Of a DNA stretch of 64,000 bases, positions 1-14,500 are shown piece after piece; the stretch's first letter is position 1, and each line of letters opens with the position of its first letter. The stretch is from Piromyces finnis finn (lineage: Eukaryota; Fungi; Neocallimastigomycota). The notes beneath the pieces were generated by a model. The model was not told where the DNA came from. It did no database searches and saw nothing but the letters and a program-made list of their open reading frames with translations. A program made the translations under genes and the position numbers. Location: positions 310,001-374,000 of the forward strand of contig MCFH01000005.1 of assembly GCA_002104945.1 (NCBI GenBank), in the 5' to 3' direction.

Positions 1-3000
1 ATTCATTAAATGGACAAGTTGAAGATGCCAAGAATAAGATTTCAGAACTAGAAAAGCAAATTGCTGATAATGAGGTTAAAGCAAATGAAGAAAATGAATC
101 TAAGCAAAATGAAATCAATAAATTAATTAAGAAGATTACTATCATCGAAAGAATCATGGAAAGCGAAAGAGAAAAGAATAACGAATTAGAAAACCAATTG
201 AATGAAAATATCGAAAAATCTATTATAATTGAAAATGATAAGCAAGAAGAAATTGATTCATTAAACCGTGATATTAATGAAAAGAATGATGCAATTGATT
301 CATTAAACCGTGATATTAATGAAAAGAATGATACTATTGATTCATTAAACCGTGATATTAATGAAAAGAATGATGCTATTGATTCATTAAATGGACAAGT
401 TGAAGATGCCAAGAATAAGATTTCAGAACTAGAAAAGCAAATTGCTGATAATGAGGTTAAAGCAAATGAAGAAAATGAATCTAAGCAAAATGAAATCAAT
501 AAATTAATTAAGAAGATTACTATCATCGAAAGAATCATGGAAAGCGAAAGAGAAAAGAATAACGAATTAGAAAACCAATTGAATGAAAATATCGAAAAAT
601 CTATTATAATTGAAAATGATAAGCAAAAAGAAATTGATTCATTAAACCGTGATATTAATGAAAAGAATGATGCTATTGATTCATTAAACCGTGATATTAA
701 TGAAAAGAATGATACAATTGATTCATTAAACCGTGATATTAATAAAAAGAATGATGCTATTGATTCATTAAACCGTGATATTAATGAAAAGAATGATGCT
801 ATTGATTCATTAAATGGACAAGTTGAAGATTCTAAGAATAAGATTTCTGAATTAGAAAAGCAAATTGCTGATAATGAGGTTAAAGCAAATGAAGAAAATG
901 AATCTAAGCAAAATGAAATCAATAAATTAATTAAGAAGATTACTATCATCGAAAGAATCATGGAAAGCGAAAGAGAAAAGAATAACGAATTAGAAAACCA
1001 ATTGAATGAAAATATCGAAAAATCTATTATAATTGAAAATGATAAGCAAGAAGAAATTGATTCATTAAACCGTGATATTAATGAAAAGAATGATGCTATT
1101 GATTCATTAAACCGTGATATTAATGAAAAGAATGATGCAATTGATTCATTAAACCGTGATATTAATGAAAAGAATGATGCTATTGATTCATTAAATGGAC
1201 AAGTTGAAGATGCCAAGAATAAGATTTCAGAACTAGAAAAGCAAATTGCTGATAATGAGGTTAAAGCAAATGAAGAAAATGAATCTAAGCAAAATGAAAT
1301 CAATAAATTAATTAAGAAGATTACTATCATCGAAAGAATCATGGAAAGCGAAAGAGAAAAGAATAACGAATTAGAAAACCAATTGAATGAAAATATCGAA
1401 AAATCTATTATAATTGAAAATGATAAGCAAAAAGAAATTGATTCATTAAACCGTGATATTAATGAAAAGAATGATGCTATTGATTCATTAAACCGTGATA
1501 TTAATGAAAAGAATGATGCAATTGATTCATTAAACCGTGATATTAATGAAAAGAATGATGCTATTGATTCATTAAATGGACAAGTTGAAGATGCCAAGAA
1601 TAAGATTTCAGAACTAGAAAAGCAAATTGCTGATAATGAGGTTAAAGCAAATGAAGAAAATGAATCTAAGCAAAATGAAATCAATAAATTAATTAAGAAG
1701 ATTACTATCATCGAAAGAATCATGGAAAGCGAAAGAGAAAAGAATAACGAATTAGAAAACCAATTGAATGAAAATATCGAAAAATCTATTATAATTGAAA
1801 ATGATAAGCAAAAAGAAATTGATTCATTAAACCGTGATATTAATGAAAAGAATGATGCTATTGATTCATTAAACCGTGATATTAATGAAAAGAATGATGC
1901 AATTGATTCATTAAATGGACAAGTTGAAGATGCCAAGAATAAGATTTCAGAACTAGAAAAGCAAATTGCTGATAATGAGGTTAAAGCAAATGAAGAAAAT
2001 GAATCTAAGCAAAATGAAATCAATAAATTAATTAAGAAGATTACTATCATCGAAAGAATCATGGAAAGCGAAAGAGAAAAGAATAACGAATTAGAAAACC
2101 AATTGAATGAAAATATCGAAAAATCTATTATAATTGAAAATGATAAGCAAGAAGAAATTGATTCATTAAACCGTGATATTAATGAAAAGAATGATGCTAT
2201 TGATTCATTAAACCGTGATATTAATGAAAAGAATGATGCAATTGATTCATTAAACCGTGATATTAATGAAAAGAATGATGCTATTGATTCATTAAATGGA
2301 CAAGTTGAAGATGCCAAGAATAAGATTTCAGAACTAGAAAAGCAAATTGCTGATAATGAGGTTAAAGCAAATGAAGAAAATGAATCTAAGCAAAATGAAA
2401 TCAATAAATTAATTAAGAAGATTACTATCATCGAAAGAATCATGGAAAGCGAAAGAGAAAAGAATAACGAATTAGAAAACCAATTGAATGAAAATATCGA
2501 AAAATCTATTATAATTGAAAATGATAAGCAAGAAGAAATTGATTCATTAAACCGTGATATTAATGAAAAGAATGATGCAATTGATTCATTAAACCGTGAT
2601 ATTAATGAAAAGAATGATGCTATTGATTCATTAAACCGTGATATTAATGAAAAGAATGATGCTATTGATTCATTAAACCGTGATATTAATGAAAAGAATG
2701 ATACAATTGATTCATTAAACCGTGATATTAATAAAAAGAATGATGCTATTGATTCATTAAACCGTGATATTAATGAAAAGAATGATGCTATTGATTCATT
2801 AAATGGACAAGTTGAAGATTCTAAGAATAAGATTTCTGAATTAGAAAAGCAAATTGCTGATAATGAGGTTAAAGCAAATGAAGAAAATGAATCTAAGCAA
2901 AATGAAATCAATAAATTAATTAAGAAGATTACTATCATCGAAAGAATCATGGAAAGCGAAAGAGAAAAGAATAACGAATTAGAAAACCAATTGAATGAAA

Positions 3001-6000
3001 ATATCGAAAAATCTATTATAATTGAAAATGATAAGCAAGAAGAAATTGATTCATTAAACCGTGATATTAATGAAAAGAATGATGCTATTGATTCATTAAA
3101 TGGACAAGTTGAAGATGCCAAGAATAAGATTTCAGAACTAGAAAAGCAAATTGCTGATAATGAGGTTAAAGCAAATGAAGAAAATGAATCTAAGCAAAAT
3201 GAAATCAATAAATTAATTAAGAAGATTACTATCATCGAAAGAATCATGGAAAGCGAAAGAGAAAAGAATAACGAATTAGAAAACCAATTGAATGAAAATA
3301 TCGAAAAATCTATTATAATTGAAAATGATAAGCAAGAAGAAATTGATTCATTAAACCGTGATATTAATGAAAAGAATGATGCTATTGATTCATTAAACCG
3401 TGATATTAATGAAAAGAATGATGCAATTGATTCATTAAACCGTGATATTAATGAAAAGAATGATGCTATTGATTCATTAAATGGACAAGTTGAAGATGCC
3501 AAGAATAAGATTTCAGAACTAGAAAAGCAAATTGCTGATAATGAGGTTAAAGCAAATGAGGAAAATGAATCTAAGCAAAATGAAATCAATAAATTAATTA
3601 AGAAGATTACTATCATCGAAAGAATCATGGAAAGCGAAAGAGAAAAGAATAACGAATTAGAAAACCAATTGAATGAAAATATCGAAAAATCTATTATAAT
3701 TGAAAATGATAAGCAAGAAGAAATTGATTCATTAAACCGTGATATTAATGAAAAGAATGATGCTATTGATTCATTAAATGGACAAGTTGAAGATGCCAAG
3801 AATAAGATTTCAGAACTAGAAAAGCAAATTGCTGATAATGAGGTTAAAGCAAATGAAGAAAATGAATCTAAGCAAAATGAAATCAATAAATTAATTAAGA
3901 AGATTACTATCATCGAAAGAATCATGGAAAGCGAAAGAGAAAAGAATAACGAATTAGAAAACCAATTGAATGAAAATATCGAAAAATCTATTATAATTGA
4001 AAATGATAAGCAAAAAGAAATTGATTCATTAAACCGTGAAATTAATGAAAAGAATGATGCAATTGATTCATTAAACCGTGATATTAATGAAAAGAATGAT
4101 GCTATTGATTCATTAAATGGACAAGTTGAAGATGCCAAGAATAAGATTTCAGAACTAGAAAAGCAAATTGCTGATAATGAGGTTAAAGCAAATGAAGAAA
4201 ATGAATCTAAGCAAAATGAAATCAATAAATTAATTAAGAAGATTACTATCATCGAAAGAATCATGGAAAGCGAAAGAGAAAAGAATAACGAATTAGAAAA
4301 CCAATTGAATGAAAATATCGAAAAATCTATTATAATTGAAAATGATAAGCAAGAAGAAATTGATTCATTAAACCGTGATATTAATGAAAAGAATGATGCT
4401 ATTGATTCATTAAATGGACAAGTTGAAGATGCCAAGAATAAGATTTCAGAACTAGAAAAGCAAATTGCTGATAATGAGGTTAAAGCAAATGAAGAAAATG
4501 AATCTAAGCAAAATGAAATCAATAAATTAATTAAGAAGATTACTATCATCGAAAGAATCATGGAAAGCGAAAGAGAAAAGAATAACGAATTAGAAAACCA
4601 ATTGAATGAAAATATCGAAAAATCTATTATAATTGAAAATGATAAGCAAGAAGAAATTGATTCATTAAACCGTGATATTAATGAAAAGAATGATGCTATT
4701 GATTCATTAAACCGTGATATTAATGAAAAGAATGATGCAATTGATTCATTAAACCGTGATATTAATGAAAAGAATGATGCTATTGATTCATTAAATGGAC
4801 AAGTTGAAGATGCCAAGAATAAGATTTCAGAACTAGAAAAGCAAATTGCTGATAATGAGGTTAAAGCAAATGAGGAAAATGAATCTAAGCAAAATGAAAT
4901 CAATAAATTAATTAAGAAGATTACTATCATCGAAAGAATCATGGAAAGCGAAAGAGAAAAGAATAACGAATTAGAAAACCAATTGAATGAAAATATCGAA
5001 AAATCTATTATAATTGAAAATGATAAGCAAGAAGAAATTGATTCATTAAACCGTGATATTAATGAAAAGAATGATGCTATTGATTCATTAAATGGACAAG
5101 TTGAAGATGCCAAGAATAAGATTTCAGAACTAGAAAAGCAAATTGCTGATAATGAGGTTAAAGCAAATGAAGAAAATGAATCTAAGCAAAATGAAATCAA
5201 TAAATTAATTAAGAAGATTACTATCATCGAAAGAATCATGGAAAGCGAAAGAGAAAAGAATAACGAATTAGAAAACCAATTGAATGAAAATATCGAAAAA
5301 TCTATTATAATTGAAAATGATAAGCAAAAAGAAATTGATTCATTAAACCGTGAAATTAATGAAAAGAATGATGCAATTGATTCATTAAACCGTGATATTA
5401 ATGAAAAGAATGATGCTATTGATTCATTAAATGGACAAGTTGAAGATGCCAAGAATAAGATTTCAGAACTAGAAAAGCAAATTGCTGATAATGAGGTTAA
5501 AGCAAATGAAGAAAATGAATCTAAGCAAAATGAAATCAATAAATTAATTAAGAAGATTACTATCATCGAAAGAATCATGGAAAGCGAAAGAGAAAAGAAT
5601 AACGAATTAGAAAACCAATTGAATGAAAATATCGAAAAATCTATTATAATTGAAAATGATAAGCAAGAAGAAATTGATTCATTAAACCGTGATATTAATG
5701 AAAAGAATGATGCTATTGATTCATTAAACCGTGATATTAATGAAAAGAATGATGCAATTGATTCATTAAACCGTGATATTAATGAAAAGAATGATGCTAT
5801 TGATTCATTAAATGGACAAGTTGAAGATGCCAAGAATAAGATTTCAGAACTAGAAAAGCAAATTGCTGATAATGAGGTTAAAGCAAATGAAGAAAATGAA
5901 TCTAAGCAAAATGAAATCAATAAATTAATTAAGAAGATTACTATCATCGAAAGAATCATGGAAAGCGAAAGAGAAAAGAATAACGAATTAGAAAACCAAT

Positions 6001-8500
6001 TGAATGAAAATATCGAAAAATCTATTATAATTGAAAATGATAAGCAAGAAGAAATTGATTCATTAAACCGTGATATTAATGAAAAGAATGATGCAATTGA
6101 TTCATTAAACCGTGATATTAATGAAAAGAATGATGCTATTGATTCATTAAACCGTGATAATAATGAAAAGAATGATGCTATTGATTCATTAAACCGTGAT
6201 ATTAATGAAAAGAATGATACAATTGATTCATTAAACCGTGATATTAATAAAAAGAATGATGCTATTGATTCATTAAACCGTGATATTAATGAAAAGAATG
6301 ATGCTATTGATTCATTAAATGGACAAGTTGAAGATTCTAAGAATAAGATTTCTGAATTAGAAAAGCAAATTGCTGATAATGAGGTTAAAGCAAATGAAGA
6401 AAATGAATCTAAGCAAAATGAAATCAATAAATTAATTAAGAAGATTACTATCATCGAAAGAATCATGGAAAGCGAAAGAGAAAAGAATAACGAATTAGAA
6501 AACCAATTGAATGAAAATATCGAAAAATCTATTATAATTGAAAATGATAAGCAAGAAGAAATTAATTCATTAAACCGTGATATTAATGAAAAGAATGATG
6601 CTATTGATTCATTAAATGGACAAGTTGAAGATGCCAAGAATAAGATTTCAGAACTAGAAAAGCAAATTGCTGATAATGAGGTTAAAGCAAATGAAGAAAA
6701 TGAATCTAAGCAAAATGAAATCAATAAATTAATTAAGAAGATTACTATCATCGAAAGAATCATGGAAAGCGAAAGAGAAAAGAATAACGAATTAGAAAAC
6801 CAATTGAATGAAAATATCGAAAAATCTATTATAATTGAAAATGATAAGCAAGAAGAAATTGATTCATTAAACCGTGATATTAATGAAAAGAATGATGCTA
6901 TTGATTCATTAAACCGTGATATTAATGAAAAGAATGATGCAATTGATTCATTAAACCGTGATATTAATGAAAAGAATGATGCTATTGATTCATTAAATGG
7001 ACAAGTTGAAGATGCCAAGAATAAGATTTCAGAACTAGAAAAGCAAATTGCTGATAATGAGGTTAAAGCAAATGAAGAAAATGAATCTAAGCAAAATGAA
7101 ATCAATAAATTAATTAAGAAGATTACTATCATCGAAAGAATCATGGAAAGCGAAAGAGAAAAGAATAACGAATTAGGAAACCAATTGAATGAAAATATAG
7201 AAAGATCTATTATAATTGATAATGAAAATCAAAACAAAATTAATGAATTAAAAGAAAATATTGAATTATTAGATGGTAAAATTGAAGAAATGAATAATAA
7301 AGAAAAAATATATGAAAATATTCATAATGAGTCAATGAATAAAATATTAATATTACAAAATAAAATAAGTGAAAATGATATTAAATATAGGGAAATTATT
7401 ACTAAAAAGCAAAATGAAATTAATAATTTGATAAAGAAAATAAAAATAATTAAGAAAATAATTGAAAAAGCTAAAGAAAACTTAGAAAAATCAAAAATTA
7501 TTGAAAAAGAAAATAATGAAAAAATTGGTTTATTGACTCGTAATATCAATAATAAACAAAATGAAATTAATTTATTAAATGTTATAATTAAAAATTATGA
7601 AAATAAGATTTCCGAAATAGAAAAGCAACTTTCTAAAAATGAAATAAAATACAAGGAAGAGAATGAATCTAAGCAAAATGAATTCAATAAATTAATTAAA
7701 AAGATTACTATCATTGAAAGAATTATGGAAAGCGAAAGAGAAAAGAACAATGAATTAGAAAACCAATTGAATGAAAATATCGAAAAATCTATTATAATTG
7801 AAAATGATAAGCAAGAAGAAATTGATTCATTAAACCGTGATATTAATGAAAAGAATGATGCTATTGATTCATTAAACCGTGATATTAATGAAAAGAATGA
7901 TGCTATTGATTCATTAAATGGACAAGTTGAAGATGCTAAGAATAAGATTTCCGAATTAGAAAAGCAAATTGCTGATAATGAGGTTAAAGCAAATGAAGAA
8001 AATGAATCTAAGCAAAATGAAATCAATAAATTAATTAAGAAGATTACTATCATCGAAAGAATCATGGAAAGCGAAAGAGAAAAGAATAACGAATTAGAAA
8101 ACCAATTGAATGAAAATATCGAAAAATCTATTATAATTGAAAATGATAAGCAAGAAGAAATTGATTCATTAAACCGTGATATTAATGAAAAGAATGATAC
8201 TATTGATTCATTAAACCGTGATATTAATGAAAAGAATGATGCAATTGATTCATTAAACCGTGATATTAATGAAAAGAATGATGCTATTGATTCATTAAAT
8301 GGACAAGTTGAAGATGCTAAGAATAAGATTTCCGAATTAGAAAAGCAAATTGCTGATAATGAGGTTAAAGCAAATGAAGAAAATGAATCTAAGCAAAATG
8401 AAATCAATAAATTAATTAAGAAGATTACTATCATCGAAAGAATCATGGAAAGCGAAAGAGAAAAGAATAATGATTTAGAAAACCAATTGAATGAAAATAT
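1..8500 (+). repeat. Coding nested tandem array: 255-bp block plus n x 42-bp modules
   Basis: Repeat-unit ATGs at 156, 537, 960, 1341, 1722, 2061, 2442, 2949, 3246, 3627, 3924, 4263, 4560, 4941, 5238, 5577, 5958, 6465, 6762, 7143. Spacings of 297/339/381/423/507 bp equal 255+42n. Two further units follow a diverged copy (7725-8460). Confidence 0.97.
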
Positions 8501-11500
8501 TGAAAAATCAATTTTGATTGAAAATGATCAAAAATATGAAATAAATGAATTAAAAGTAAATATAGACCTATTAAATAATGAAATTGCTAATGCAGATAAT
8601 AAACTTAAAATTTATGAAGAAATAAATAATAAATCAATGAATAAGATATTAATATTACAAAATAAAATAAATGATAATGATAAAAAGTATAAAGAAATAA
8701 TAAATAAAAAGCAAAATGAAATTAATGATTTATTAAGAAAAATTAATATAATTAAAAGAGTTATAGAAAAAGCTAAAGAAAATTTAGAAAAATCAAAAGT
8801 AATAGAGAAAGATAATAAAATTAAAATTGATGCATTAAGCAGAAATATAGATAGTTTAAATAAGCAAATATGGGATGTAAATTCAAAAGCTCAAAATAGA
8901 GAAAATAAGCTTAAAGAATCAATGAACCAAATTTCAGTATTACAAAAACAACTTTTAGATAATGAAAATAAATATAAGAAAACGGTTGGTAATAAGCAAA
9001 ATGAAATAAATGATTTACTAAGGAAAATTACTATTATTAAAAAGATAATGGAAAACGCAAAAGAAAATATAATTAAATTACAGAAACAAAATGTGTATAA
9101 TGAAAATAAATTTAAGGAAGTGGAAATAACTAAACAGAATGAGATTAATACCTTACTTAAAAAGATAAATATTATAAAGAAAATAATGAAGAGTGAAAGA
9201 GAAAAATCAAATGAATTGGAAAATAAATTAAATGAAAATTTAGAAATGTCAAGAATAATTGAAAAGGGAAAGCAGAGTGAAATTGAAGCATTGAATTATG
9301 ATATAGAAAATAATAAAAATAAGATTATATATTTAGAAAAGCAACTTTCGGAAAGTGAAAAGAGGGAAAATGAAAATAATAATGCTAAACAAGAGGAAAT
9401 TGATAATTTATTAAAAAAGATTAGTATAATTGAAAAAATAATTGAAGATGAGAGAGAAAAATCAAATAATTTGGAGGAGCAACTAGTTAATAGCATTGAA
9501 AAGTCAAGAATTATTGAAAATAATAAACAAGATGAGATTGATGCACTAAATCGTAATGTTGATGATTTGAATAATCAAATTGACAATGCTAAAAATAAGA
9601 TTTTAGATCTAGAAAGCCAACTTGCTGAAAGTAAAGCCGGAGCTAATAAAAGTAATAATAATATTAAGCAAGACCAAAATGTTAAAGAGATTGTTCCAGA
9701 AAAGAAACATAAAAGAAAAATAAAAAAGATTGTAAAGACAATTACTACAGTTAAAAAGAATAATAATAAATCTCTAAATGAAGGTGTATTAGTATTAGAT
9801 GAATCAAAAATCATTGAAGATGTTTCTGATAATGTAAGTCATATTGAATATTCTCTTGAATCGGATGATGTTGGAAAAGAGGTTCAATGTGTATCTGAAC
9901 CTGAAAAAGAAATTGTAATAAAGGAGGAAAATGATAATAAAGATAAAGTTGAATATTTAATGAAAAAAATTATTGAGATTGAAAATATAGCTAAACAAGA
10001 AAAAGAAAGAGCTGATTCTTTAGAGAAAAAATTAAATGAAAAAGAAAATGAAAAGGCAATGATCATTAATCCAGAGAAAAAGCGTAAAAGAAAGATTAAG
10101 AAAATTATAAAAAGTATAAAAACTGTTAAAAAGAATGGTAATAAATCAGGAATACTTGATGAATTATCATTTTCTGATAAGTCTGATATTAATGAAAATA
10201 TAGATGAAATTAAGAATTCAATATTTACTAAATCTGAACCTAATGGGGAAGAAAATGGAGAAGATATTGTACCTGTACAAGTAAATATAATAGAAGAAAA
10301 TAAAGATAACTCATTGAATAATAATACTAAAAGTATTGTTCCGGTAATTATTAGTCAAATAGAAAATAATGAAAAAGTTATTGATAAACAAAAAGAAATT
10401 GAAAAGTTAACTTCTCAATTAGAAAAAGAAAAAGAAAGAGCAGATTCTTTAGAAAAATTATTAATAGAAACAAAGCAAAATAATCAAATTCCAGATAAGA
10501 AACGTAAAAGAAAGATCAAGAAGATAGTTAAGACAGTAACTACTGTTAATAAGAATGTTAATAATCCATTTGAAGAAAACATATTAAATAAGACTGGAAT
10601 TGAAGAAACCGCATTCTATGGAGAGTCAAATATGGAGGAAGCACTGACTAGTAATGACATAGAAAATGTAACTGTATTAAAAAATAAAGAAATTATTAGA
10701 AACTTAAAAACAGAAAAAGAGGAAAATCCCTGGAAGAATCTAATTCCACATATACTAAAATTAATTGTTGCGCAAGCTAAAAAAATAGATAAACTAGATG
10801 AACCAAAAATTCCAAAAAATTCATTTAATCACTTACTGAATATTTCAGCTGATGATGATATGAATATAGATAATAAAGATAATATTCAAGATGTTTATTT
10901 AATAAAGTTTGAAAAGAAGCAAAAAGAAAAATCTAAAAACTTATTAAATATTCCTGATGGAATAATAAATAACAATAATGATATTCATTATAGTTATTTA
11001 CCAAAGGAAAATAGTGGTCGTGAAGAAATAAATAAAGAAAGTTCAAACCAAACTGATGATTCAAAAAATAGTTTATGTCAAAAAGAGCAAAGAAAAGAAA
11101 GTATTATTGAAAGTATTGCAATTAATAATCAGTCAAGCAATAATGAATATGATAAACAAGATTCAGAAGATGAATCAACTGAAGTACCAAAGAAAAGTTT
11201 TGAAGAATTAGAGCAATCAATTCTTTGCGAGCCATCAATGGTATTTGATCCATCTATGATGGCACCTGATGTTTCAATAATTATTCCAAATGAATCTTCT
11301 ATGATTTCAGAAGATATAATTGAAATGCCAAGTCATAATATAGTGTCGAATATTTCTGAATTACCACAAGGAAACTCAACTCAAAATGAGAAATCTACAT
11401 TTTCATTAGAAAATGAATCTCAAATTATTATGAAATCCTTACCTATAACAAATAAACAAAATGATATTAAAGGTGATATGAAGACAAATAAGAAAAAGAA

Positions 11501-14500
11501 AATAAAAAAGATTATTACTACCAAAAAGACCATTACAACAAAAAACAGAAAGCCAGGTCAAAATGAATTTATAGTGATTAATAGAAGTACTGAAATCCCA
11601 GAACAGAAATCACTCATTATTTCAAGAAAATTTTCTCCAATTACAACACAAGATGTTGAGGTAATTGTTAATCCAGAAACAGGTAAGAAAACATATTTTA
11701 AGAAAACCATTGTTACTAAAACTATTAAAACTGATGTAACAAAGAAAAATAATGAATCAAAGATTAAAAATGAAAATATAAACTCTAAGGAAAATAAAGA
11801 AAATGATATTCCATTATTTGATAATTGTAAATATAGGAACCTAATTTCCTCAGTAATTAAAAATGTTAATCAAAATAAAGAAATAGATGATGATATAATA
11901 TCTGAACCTAAGAATGAAATCCAAGAAAAGGAAGAAAATAATGATATATTAATAACAGAACCGACCATTATTCATCAAATTCCAAGGTCTGTAGAAGAAG
12001 ATGAAGTATTAATATCAACTTTTAATCAAATAAATAATACTGAAAATAAAGAATTAAAATCTGAAAGTATTCAATTTATTGTTCCAAAAGATACTATTAA
12101 AAACAAAAATAATTATGAAAAGGGCTCAGAAAATATAAATAAATTAAATAAGAAAATTATTGAACTAGAATTAGATTTTAAGAATGTTAAAAATGAAAAT
12201 GAAGAATTAAAAAAGGAATTAGAACAATATAAGAATGCTCTTAAAAGAAATTCAAAAGGAAAATCTGAAGAAAAAATTGCAAAATTAAATGATGATATTA
12301 GTAGGTTAAAGAAAGGTATAAATATCATGAATGAACTAAATAAAAATTTGGAAACAGGAAATATTAATGATATGAAATCAATTAATATTCAACTTACTAA
12401 ACAGAAGGAAAAAGTACTTCAATTACAAAATATTGATACTGACAATATTACAAGTGATAACTTATATAGAATTAATAATAGAATTAATAATTTGAAGAAT
12501 GTTTTAGGTCAAATAAAAAATAATAACCCTATAAATAATAAAGAGATTTCTGAAAAATTAACAACTATTGCAATTAATGATAAGGAATGCTCAAAGATCA
12601 AAGAATTAGAAGATAAACTTAAGGAAAAAACTAAGTTGTTAGAAGAAAATCAAAACCAAAAGAAAATCAAAAACTTTGTAGAAAAAAGTAATAATGTAAT
12701 TACAAAACAGGAACTTGATAGCTTTAGTGAAATTCAAAATAGAGATAAAAATGCTATTAGTAAATTTATAAATAATGAACCCTGTTCAAAAGATATTGAT
12801 GATGACAAAAGAAATATCAAATTAGATGAAAATAAAAGATTGATTAATCAATTAAAAATCATGAAGAATGCTATTGATAATTCAAAGAAGGAAAAAATAA
12901 ATATATCAAAAGAAAATAAATCATTACATAATAAGATAGAAGAGTTAAACGATATAATTAAAGACAATCTAGAAAAAATTAAAAATTCAGAATTTGTAAT
13001 TAGCCAATTAAATTCGGACAATAATAAATTGAATGAAAAAATCAAAGCAGCTACTTTGGCATGTGAAACATTTAAGGACTTATATAATAAACAAATATAT
13101 AAACATGAAAATGATATTAAAACTAAGGAAATTATTAAAGATTTAAATAAAGACCAAAAAGATAGATATAGATGTATTCCATTTATAGAAAATAAACGTC
13201 GTAGAATGGAATTAACTAAGAGATTAAAGCAAGAAAATGGAATAAATATTGTACCACATAAAGAATTAATCACAATTAAGAGTAAAAAGGTTAAATCAGT
13301 TAGAGATAAAATTGATAGAGAAATAAAAAAAGAAATTGATCTTCTACCAGAAATTAAGCCAATTAAGTTTAATACTTACTTAACTTATTTACTTGGATAT
13401 ACTTCGACTGTTGCATCAGTAATTTTAGGATTAGTTTACACTCGAGAATATATGAATGCTAGACGATTTATTGATAAAAATAAACGTTATTATATAAGAA
13501 AAAAGAAGGAAATACCAACTCCAGGTCAATTAATTAGTAACAAACTAACAGCTGCATTACTTGGCTCTGTTGCTATATTAATACTTTTAAATATGATAGT
13601 TATTAGAGGTAAAAAGGTAAATGAAATTATAGAAGATAATGAAAAGGATAATAATAATGAATATGATAAAAATGATAATAAAGATAAAGAAAAAGAAAAA
13701 TCAATTACTAATTTAACAGCAAGTGTGGACTTCGAATCTAAATCCACATCAATTACAAATGAATACCAATACAATCGTAAAGATCATGAACAATATGATC
13801 AATTATCAAGAGATATTAAAGAAGAAAATAGTTTCATAATTAAACTTTTTGATAAAAATGAGCATTCGTACGATTTCAATAAATCGATTTCCATTATTAA
13901 ATCAAACGAGGATGTTAATGATTCATTGAATCAATATTCACTATTTGACCAAATTGAGACAAAAAATTTACTTGATCAAATTGAAAATGAAGAAAATATT
14001 ATCGGTAAAGTTATAAAAAGTCAAAATCAAATTCATAAACAAAGTTCATTAGTTAATATAAATAATAAAGAAGATCAAAAGCCTGAAAGTTTAATAATTT
14101 CTTCTAAATCAAATTCAAAAAACAATAAATTATCAGTTAATATTAATAGCTCAATAAATGAATATAATTCCACTGTTAAAATAAAAGAATGTTTAATTGA
14201 AGGCTCTCCAAAGAATGATACTTTACCAAAAATAAAAATTAATATTGAAGATGTTAGTTTATTCGATCAATCATTTGGTGATTTCGTAGATGCTAAAGAT
14301 GGTTCAGAAAATAGTAAATTAAAAGAACCAAAGGCTTCATTAAATGATATTAGTTATATTAGTGAAAGTGGGTTTGTAGATGCTAATGATGGTTCAACTA
14401 ATAATGAAATAGATATAGAAGAAGCTATTGAAAAAGTCATTGAGAAAGAGCAACGAGAATTAGCAAATATTATTCAACCTCTTATTAAACTTCCTTTAGC

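Noticed and set aside
1-8500. CRISPR-like appearance of 42-bp repeats
   Set aside because: There are no unique spacers, the repeats are in-frame coding, and the context is eukaryotic.
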